Shown one piece after another: positions 47,948-56,550 of a DNA stretch of 64,000 nucleotides; position 1 is the first letter of the stretch; the number at the start of each line of letters is the position of its first letter. Below the pieces are notes generated by a model. That model searched no databases, was not told the DNA's origin, and saw only the letters and a list, made by a program, of their open reading frames with translations. The translations under genes were made by a program, and so were the position numbers. This stretch comes from Macrostomum lignano (Eukaryota). The stretch spans positions 75,859-139,858 of the forward strand of contig NIVC01003166.1 in assembly GCA_002269645.1 (NCBI GenBank), in the 5' to 3' direction.

Positions 47948-48403
47948 GCTACGCTTTTGGCTGTCAACTCACTGTCAACAGGAAGTCATCTGATATTTGA
48001 TTTGCATAAAAATATCATATAGCTCTAAGAGAGAATTATTTATAATTTAAAGGTTTATAATTACATCACGCGATCAAGGTTAGGGCACTTTTTTGTCATC
48101 AATTTTCGATTGTTGACTGACAGAGCAAATTGCTGAGTAAATGTACTTTTAACCTACTAGTAGTAGTTCAGGCTTGGGAAATGTTAGTGTTTGGAATATA
48201 ACAAGTCGTTTTGGAAGTTTCTAAACAACGCAATTATTGACTATTTTAACACCTCTGCTTCAGCTCGGTCGCATCGTCTCAATGTTGGTCGACTTTGGTC
48301 GTTGACTGGTCGGCAGATTATAACGGCCAGTCAGCAGAGTTTCACTGCTACTACTGCTGCTGATGCTGTACGCAATTCATCTACTGAAAGTAGCAAGCTG
48401 TGA
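35054..48403 (+). CDS. ACOT8: Acyl-CoA thioesterase 8-like, paralog 2 (4 exons, about 372 aa, C-terminal SKL; one apparent 1-nt frameshift near 42200)
   Basis: Exons 35054-35154, 35502-35674, 41694-42397, 48264-48403; first two intron positions and phases match paralog 1. Motifs [52 protein letters not shown] and terminal -SSKL*. Exons sum to 1118 nt, one short of a multiple of 3, so this is either a pseudogene or a consensus error. Confidence 0.75.
36143..36871. mobile_element. 729-bp GC-rich insertion between 25-bp direct repeats, with a (TC)n tail; probable retroposed element
   Basis: TCAATCAGTAAGTTTTCTGATTCTG at 36118-36142 and 36872-36896; the right end is TTATCTCTCTCTCTCTC. No recognisable ORF. 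Confidence 0.6.
37608..39110 (-). CDS. Rhodopsin-like (class A) GPCR with an intronless coding region of about 500 aa, nested antisense in intron 2 of ACOT8 paralog 2; three apparent frameshifts
   Basis: Seven hydrophobic segments across three frames: TM1 [17 protein letters not shown]2 [10 protein letters not shown]3 [10 protein letters not shown] (DRY-like), TM4 SNWILG, TM6 [22 protein letters not shown]7 CYAVASPII, helix 8 [12 protein letters not shown]. Frame switches near 39062, 38125 and 37980. The likely ATG is at 39110, just after a pyrimidine-rich AG. Confidence 0.72.
42475..44075. repeat. 8/16-bp minisatellite (GGACACCAGGACACTA) in ACOT8 paralog 2 intron 3
   Basis: Direct reading. 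Confidence 0.96.
44415..46168. repeat. About 24-bp purine-rich minisatellite (GAGAGAGGCAGGGTCGAAGGGAGG)
   Basis: Period 24 (44583/44607) with variants. Confidence 0.95.
46630..47570. repeat. 30-bp pyrimidine-rich minisatellite (CTGCCATCTCCCACTGACTCTCCTCTCCCA) grading into a 13-bp unit (CTCTCATCTCCCA)
   Basis: Direct reading; the transition is near 47300. Confidence 0.95.
47890..47944. repeat. (CT)n microsatellite
   Basis: Direct reading. Confidence 0.95.
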
Positions 48404-48465
48404 ATTTTAGTAACATTTTTGACAAATGTATATTTAATATTTTTGAAGGTGTACGTATAGCGCTG

Positions 48466-49460
48466 GGTGTGGGATAGGACAGGGTGTGGCAAAGGACAGG
48501 GTGTGGAAAAGGACAGTGTGTGGGATAGGACAGGGTGTGGGATAGGACAGGGTGTGGGAAAGGACAGGGTGTGGGATAGGACAGGGTGTGGGAAAGGACA
48601 GGGTGTAGGATAGGACAGGGTGTGGGATATGACAGGGTGTGGGATACGACAGGGTGTGGGATAGGACAGGGTGTGGGATAGGGCAGGGTGTGGGATATGA
48701 CAGGGTGTAGAAAAGGACAGGGTGTGGGAAAGGACAGGGTGTGGGATAGGACAGGGTGTTTGATAGGACAGGGTGTGGGATAGGACAGGGTGTGGGATAG
48801 CACAGGGTGTGGGATAGGACAGGGTGTGGGATAGGACAGGGTGTGGGAAAGGACAGGGTGTAGGATAGGACAGGGTGTGGAATAGGACAGGGTGTGAGAT
48901 AGGACAGGGTGTAGGATAGGACAGGGTGTGGGATAGGACAGGGTGTGGGATAGGACAGGGTGTGGGATAGGACAGGGTGTGGGATAGGACAGGGTGTGGG
49001 ATAGGACAGGGTGTGGGATAGGACAGGGTGTGGGAAAGGACAGGGTGTGGGATAGGACAGGGTGTGGGATAGGACAGGGTGTGGGATAGGACAGGGTGTG
49101 GGATAGGACAGGGTGTGGGATAGCACAGGGTGTGGGATAGGACAGGGTGTGGGATAGGACAGGGTGTGGGAAAGGACAGGGTGTAGGATAGGACAGGGTG
49201 TGGAATAGGACAGGGTGTGAGATAGGACAGGGTGTAGGATAGGACAGGGTGTGGGATAGGACAGGGTGTGGGATAGGACAGGGTGTGGGATAGGACAGGG
49301 TGTGGGATAGGACAGGGTGTGGGATAGGACAGGGTGTGGGATAGGACAGGGTGTGGGAAAGGACAGGGTGTGGGATAGGACAGGGTGTGGGATAGGACAG
49401 GGTGTGGGATAGGACAGGGTGTGGGATAGGACAGGGTGTGGGATAGCACAGGGTGTGGGA
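48466..49460. repeat. 17-bp minisatellite (GGGTGTGGGATAGGACA) with a 323-bp higher-order period
   Basis: The TAGCAC variant recurs at 48798, 49121 and 49444 (323 = 19 units). Confidence 0.96.
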
Positions 49461-49728
49461 AGGAGCGATAACGCTACTTATAATGCAGGTATGATTTAAT
49501 GTTTTTATGAAATTCATTAAAACCCAGTGTACTAACTTTTCTCATCATATAAGCTCACTAAGAGGTAGAAATTCAGCACAAGAAGCATCTCAAAGCAAAT
49601 AAAATGATTAAAAGTCAATATTTGAGTAAATCTGGGCGGCTCGTAATGCTTATGAGCCGAAGCAGTGGAAGGTAGCATCTGAGTTTGTTTGCTTAATTAT
49701 CGGGCTTAAGATTCTCGGTGGGTTGATG

Positions 49729-52700
49729 ATGACTCGTGACTTTAAAAGAAGCTTTCGCAGCAGCGAGAAAGACAACAGAAACCCACGTGAGGCTGAGTCA
49801 GGAAACCATGCTGAAGCTGCACGCGGTTGAGAGGAACTGGCGCACCCTGCTGGAGGCGCTGGACTCCATCGGTGAACACCTGCGAGATAATTTCGCTCAC
49901 TATGACACCGTGTTCAAGCGCTGCGACCGCTACTTCATGCAGAAGCATGGGAGAAAAGCTGACACCCTGCATGACATTATTGTCATTCTCAACTGCAGGT
50001 GAGCTGTTGCTGGGTGAGGGGTGAATTGGAATAGAATGGATTGCTAATCTAGCCAATCACAAATCAATTGGAATAGAATGGATTGCTAATCTAGCCAATC
50101 ACAGATCAATTGGAATAGAATGGGTTGTCAATCTAGCCAATCACAGGTCAATTGGAATAGAATGGATTGCTAATCTAGCCAATCACGGATTATTTGGAAT
50201 AGAATGGATTGCTAATCTAGCCAATCACAGATCAATTGGAATAGAATGGATTGCTAATCTAGCCAATCACAAATCAATTGGAATAGAATGGATTGCTAAT
50301 CTAGCCAATCACAGATCAATTGGAATAGAATGGATTGCTAATCTAGCCAATCACAGATCAATTGGAATAGAATGGATTGCTAATCTAGCCAATCACAGAT
50401 CAATTGGAATAGAATGGATTGCTAATCTAGCCAATCACAGATCAATTGAAATAGAATGGATTGCTAACCTAGCCAATCACAGATCAATTGGAATAGAATG
50501 GATTGCTAATCTAGCCAATCACGGATCAATTGGAATAGAATGGATTGCTAATCTAGCCAATCACAAATCAATTGGAATAGAATGGATTGCTAATCTAGCC
50601 AATCACAGATCAATTGGAATAGAATGGATTGCTAATCTAGCCAATCACAGATCAATTGGAATAGAATGGATTGCTAATCTAGCCAATCACAGATCAATTG
50701 GAATAGAATGGATTGCTAACCTAGCCAATCACAGATCAATAAGAATAGAATGGATTGCTAATCTAGCCAATCACAGATCAATTGGAATAGAATTGATTGC
50801 TAATCTAGCCAATCACAGATCAATTGGAATAGAATGGATTGCTAATCTATCCAATCACAGATCAATTGGAATAGAATGGATTGCTAATCTAGCCAATCAC
50901 GGATCAATTGGAATAGAATGGATTGCTAATCTAGCCAATCACAGATCAATTGGAATAGAATGGCTTGCTAATCTAGCCAATCACAAATCAATTGGAATAG
51001 AATGGATTGCTAATCTAGCCAATCACGGATCATTTCAGAGGCCAAGCCAGAGCTCAAGTATTTCTAAACGACTCCGATTTCGACAGCCTCATAGTCCTGC
51101 TCAACCAGTTCTACCGTCTCCGTGACGTGCACAACGCCATCACGTCCGAGATTCTGAAGCCGATCTACAGGTATTATTACCTGTACTTCAGCCAGGACAA
51201 GCAGCACCAGCGGCAGCTGGAATCCGTTATCAACGCCGCCAACACCGCGAAGATCTTCATCAACTCCGTACAGGAGGAGGGCGACCAGAGGCGATTCGCT
51301 CCGAAGCCATTCGGCAAAGAGGAGGTGAAGCCGCATCGCAAGGTCTGGCACGTGCTCAGCTTCTTAGAAAACTCCCTGCTCGGACTGCGGCCGATTCTGG
51401 AGCAGCTGGAGGACTGGCAGCTGGAGCACCGGGTGCACCTGGACGGCCAGGAAATCGACTTCTTGCAGCCTCTGCTTTCGTACCGGTACGGCAGGGTGAC
51501 GGAGGCCAAGCCTACTGCCCCTGCTGATGATGATGAAGACGGCGGGATGCTGAGAGGTCGGAGGCTGCGCGGCAGTCAGCGGCAGCGACAGCGACAGCAG
51601 CAGGAGCCGAGACGGTGGGAGGACCAGCTCAGGGTTCACGGAGAGCCAATCAAGGTCTTTTTGACCCACAGATTTGTTGTACATCCGTTCACTGCTTTAG
51701 TGACTAATTTACTACTTCAGTCACTCATTCACTACTTCAGTCACTCATTCACTACTTCAGTCACTCATTCACTACTTCAGTCACTCATTCACTACTTCAG
51801 TCACTCATTCACTACTTCAGTCACTCATTCACTACTTCAGTCACTCATTCACTACTTCAGTCACTCATTCACTACTTCAGTCACTCATTCACTACTTCAG
51901 TCACTCATTCACTACTTCAGTCACTCATTCACTACTTCAGTCACTCATTCACTACTTCAGTCACTCATTCACTACTTCAGTCACTCATTCACTACTTAAG
52001 TCGCTCATTCACTACTTTAGTTCGCTCATTCACTACTTAAGTCGCTAATTCACTACTTTAGTCGCTCATTCACTACTTCAGTCACTCATTCACTACTTCA
52101 GTCACTCATTCACTACTTCAGTCACTCATTCACTACTTCAGTCACTCATTCACTACTTCAGTCACTCATTCACTACTTCAGTCACTTATTCACTACTTCA
52201 GTCACTCATTCACTACTTAAGTCGCTCATTCACTACTTTAGTTCGCTCATTCACTACTTAAGTCGCTCATTCACTACTTTAGTTCGCTCATTCACAACTT
52301 TAGTCGCTAATTCACTACTTTAGTCGCTCATTCACTACTTTAGTCACTCATTCACTACTCCAATCACTCATCATTGTTCCAGTCACTCATTCACATTTTA
52401 GTCACTCGTTTACTGTTTCAGCCACTCATTCACTATTTTAGCAACTCATTCACAGCTTCATTTACTCATTTACACTTTCAGTCACTCATTCACTACTTTT
52501 GTCACTCATTCACTGCTTCAGTCACCCATTCACTACTTTTGTCACTCATTCACTGCTTCAGTCACCCATTCACTGCTTCAGTCACTCATTCACTGCTTCA
52601 TTCACTCATTCACAGATTAATCACTCATTTAGTCACTTAAGTCACCCAAATACTACTCCATTCACTTATTCATTTTTCTATTTGATAGTTCACGGCTCAA

Positions 52701-55357
52701 TAACCTAATAAGCGATTTAATTATCACCTTTACCAATTCCTAATTTCGCCCTGAAACAGGTGGCCCCAGCATTTCCCAAACGCTTCGGCGGCATGGTAAA
52801 CAACTACCTGTCAGCCAGGGACGATCACTACCTGCAGCAGCGAGTTGACAGCTACTGGGAGCAGGAGGCCGCTCTAGACGAGTGGCGCAGACGACCCGTG
52901 GTCCGGCAAGAGAAACAGCAGCAGAAGCAGCAGCCCCTACTGGCCATTGCCGCACCCCCAATTGCCAGCTCAAGGTTCCAAGAGGCATCCAGCGGACGCT
53001 ATCTTGAGCAGATCGTGGTGCCCGCACGGCCACCGTCTGCGAGCTACGGAACCGATCGTGGGTTTGAAGTAAGTCTTGGAGTTACCGATGGTTGGAATGG
53101 GTAGTAGTATCATAGTGTACGAGTAGTAACTGAATGAGTGACTGAAACGGTGAAAAAGTGACTGAAGCTGTGAATGAGTGACTGAAGCTGTGAATGAGTG
53201 ACAGAAGCAGTGAATGAGTGATAGAAGCAGTGAATGAGTGACAGCAGTGAATGAGTGACTAAAGCAGTGAATGAGTGACTGAAGTAGTGAATGAGTGACT
53301 GAAGCAGTGAATGAGTGACAGCAGTGAATGAGTGACTGAAGCAGTGAATGAGTGACAGAAGCAGCGAATGAGTGACAGAAGCAGTGAATGAGTGACAGAA
53401 GCAGTGAATGAGTAACAGAAGCAGCGAATGAGTGACAGAAGTAGTGAATAAGTGACTGAAGCAGTGAATGAGTGACTGAAACAGTGAATGAGTGACTGAA
53501 GCAGTGTGAATGAGCGACAGAAGCAGTGAATGAGTGACTGAAGCAGTGAATGAGTGACTGAAACAGTGAATTAGTGACTGAAACAGTGAATGAGTGACTG
53601 AAACAGTGAATGAGTGACTGAAGCAGTGAATAAGTGACTGAAACAGTGAATGAGTGACTGAAGCAGTGAATGAGTGACTGACAGAGTTAATTAGTGACTG
53701 AAACAGTGAATGAGTGACTGAAGCAGTGAATGAGTGACTGAAACAGTGAATGAGTGACTGAAACAGTGAATGAGTGACTGAAGCAGTGAATGAGTGACTG
53801 ACAGAGTTAATTAGTGACTGAAACAGTGAATGAGTGACTGAAGCAGTGAATGAGTGACTGGAACGATGATGAGTGACTGGAGTAGTGAATGAGTGACTAA
53901 AGTAGTGAATAAGCGACTAAAGTAGTGAATGAGTGACTGAAGCAGTGAATGAGTGACTGAAGTAGTGAATGAGTGACTGAAACAGTGAATGCGTGATTTT
54001 GAGAGTTATCAAGATAATACGCAGATCTTCCAGATCTTCAACCACCCATCGCAGTCATCACGCCACGGGCCGCCAGCGTTCATCACCGAGGACGCTGCAG
54101 CTGGTGGCAGCGACCCGGGTAGCAACGGCGAAACGCCCCGAGCTGGCACGAGGCTCCCACCGTTGGGTCAGCCGCTGCCGCGTGTTTCGGCGGACGCGCC
54201 TGTCCGAGCTGTCCGAGGATTTGATCCGGACACCTACTTGGAGGAGCTGCGCGGCACTGAAGCGAAATTGCAGGTGGTGACGGCGGCTCTGAAGCAGCAG
54301 GAAGCTGAGTCAGCTGATCTCCTAGCCAAGATGTCCGGAGCCGGCCGGGGCGGCGGAGGAGGAAATGGTAACCACGGGTGATGAAGATTGATAAGAGAAG
54401 ATTGTAGTTGAAAAATGAAAGTTGCGCAGCCAGGACAAGCAGAGGAACTGAGATGAGTGGTTTAGGGATGGATATTATATGGAGAGGGAAGCGGTGGCAA
54501 AATTAATAGATTGGATTTTAACACGTTAAGAGATATTATTGATACGGAGCTGGGAATGTTAAATAAAGATAGAGACAGAGAGGCTGAGAGAGGATAGTGA
54601 CAGAAAAAGAGTAAAAGACTGAGAGAATAAAGACCGTAGAGGGTACAGAGGCTAGCGACTGATAGCGGGTGGAGAGGGTAGAGGGTAGAGGCAGAGAGAG
54701 GATAGATGAGAGAGGTTGGAGACTGAGAGAAGATAGATGAGAGAGGTTGGAGACTGAGAGAGGATAGATGAGAGAGGTTGGAGACTGAGAGAAGATAGAT
54801 GAGAGAGGTTGGAGACTGAGAGAAGATAGATGAGAGAGGTTGGAGACTGAGAGAGGATAGATGAGAGGAGGTTGGAGACTGAGAGACGGTAGAGACCGAG
54901 AAAAGGTAGATGAGACAGGGTAGAGACAGAGAGACGGTAGAGACCGAGAAAAGGTAGATGAGACAGGGTAGAGACAGAGAGACGGTAGAGACCGAGAAAA
55001 GGTATGAGATGAGACAGGGTAGAGACAGAGAGACGGTAGAGACCGAGAAAAGGTAGATGAGACAGGGTAGAGACAGAGAGACGGTAGAGACCGAGAAAAG
55101 GTAGATGAGACAGGGTAGAGACAGAGAGAGGGAGATTGGAGTTAATTTCTATTAAACAGCCAGTCCCAATCGACCATTCGACGCCCCACAGTTGGCACAG
55201 GCCAGGAGCAGCAGCAGCAGAGCAGCTTCGACTGGCTGCAGGTGCTCCGCCAAGAGAAGAGGCGAGCATTCACAGCCTGAAGCAGCGCATCGATTTGCTC
55301 AACTTTCAAAAGAAGCTCATCCTGAGCCGATTGCAAGCTCCAATGTTTACATATTAA
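49729..55357 (+). CDS. Uncharacterised protein of about 576 aa with a C-terminal coiled-coil-like segment; 5 exons; one apparent extra A near 49743
   Basis: Exons 49729-49998, 51039-51654, 52760-53068, 54025-54367, 55164-55357; GT-AG with compatible phases and GC-rich coding style. MTRDF-KEAFAAARK becomes in frame if TTTAAAAG loses one A. No family recognised. Confidence 0.7.
50024..51032. repeat. 42-bp minisatellite (AATTGGAATAGAATGGATTGCTAATCTAGCCAATCACAGATC) filling intron 1 of the uncharacterised gene
   Basis: About 24 units; the last unit runs into the 3' splice site at 51038. Confidence 0.96.
51711..52650 (+). repeat. 20-bp minisatellite (CACTCATTCACTACTTCAGT), left arm
   Basis: Direct reading; degenerates towards the exon at 52760. 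Confidence 0.96.
53128..53995 (-). repeat. Same 20-bp minisatellite in inverted orientation (ACTGAAGYAGTGAATGAGTG), right arm
   Basis: Reverse complement of the 51711-52650 unit, including shared variants such as GACTAAAGTAGTGAAT. Confidence 0.96.
54665..55135. repeat. GA-rich compound minisatellite in the last intron of the uncharacterised gene
   Basis: GAGAGGTTGGAGACTGAGAGAAGATAGAT units followed by GAGACGGTAGAGACCGAGAAAAGGTAGATGAGACAGGGTAGAGACA units. Confidence 0.9.
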
Positions 55358-55879
55358 TGTGATCGGTCAAGCTACTAAATTTTGATTGAATATCTTAAAC
55401 ACTCTATTTTCTTAATACGCTTATTTTACTCGCTATTTTTATGCCGGGTTACGAAGTACACAGTGAAGGCAGGTCTGCTTAATGACAAAATATTTTGTTA
55501 CTAACCGGAGGCAAGCAGTGCCCATATAGCTCGTAATAAAATACATTTTTGCATGATGTTAATTACAACAATCGGCAACTTAAATTTAACAGTCCAGTCT
55601 TTATCGAACCAGAGTTTGACCTTTATTGTTCCCTAGCGCGAGCATTCTCTCGTGATCAACCGCTCGAGCGACGACAAGCGTTGTAAAAGAAACTATAGCG
55701 ATTTCGAGTTTTCCTAGTTAATCAATTCCCGCGTATCAGAACCCGGATGTTTAGCAGCCAACATGGAATCATAAGACACTATGATTCCATGTCGGATTTG
55801 TCGGATTTCTCAACAGCCTACCGTTCCAGCCTTCTCAGTGTTCTTCATCGTAAATTTCATAAGCTCAAAAAAATGAAAA

Positions 55880-56330
55880 TTAAACCTATCAGCCCACTCT
55901 TGGTGTGAGTAAAATCCCGAAAAGCATGCTTAAGATTTCTACCAGGTGTCAATATCAAGTCCTGAAAGACCAGGTCGCTTGTTCAGTAGCTCTATCAGGA
56001 TCTTGACAAACTGACTGGCACTTGACCTGGCTTGAAAGTCATTCCATACAGCGCAATATCCCAGCTGCTGAACCTGCATCAACTTCCCCAATGCATGGGA
56101 TGAGATGCATCCCTCCAAAAAGCTCTGACTAGCACAATCGTTGCTTTGGTGACGGTCCTATACAAAAAAATCCCACAAGGGACTATCACAGAGCTAGTGC
56201 GACCTGTTTACCTATTCACATTCTACACCCTGTGTGTTTTATGCTGAGTTCAAGAGCTGCCACTTTCAAATTTGGCCTACCACGAGTTTGAGATGCAGAA
56301 GCAAAGAAAGACGTTAAGCGAAAAAATGAT
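55880..56330 (+). mobile_element. Heavily decayed non-LTR (LINE) reverse-transcriptase remnant
   Basis: Broken-frame traces of RT motifs in the expected order: KPISPLL (RPISLL), LDLx-KSFHT (DLSKAFD), IPQGTI (GVPQGS). A homologous stretch recurs at about 62155-62330. Confidence 0.5.
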
Positions 56331-56550
56331 GGCTTGAAGCTAAAAGCCTCAGCTTTGAGCACACTAAAGTTGTTAGACTTAAGGCCATTGAAGATAAAAA
56401 TATTAGCTGTTTGCCCATCCTGGAGGAGACATGGATCGAGCCAATAATCACAAGCGTCGCCCATCACGAGAAAACCTCAACTCTATAAAGCAACCGTTTG
56501 CTTCCGCTTATGTTGGGCACTGAAACACAGACTAGCTTCTGCTAGCAAAA

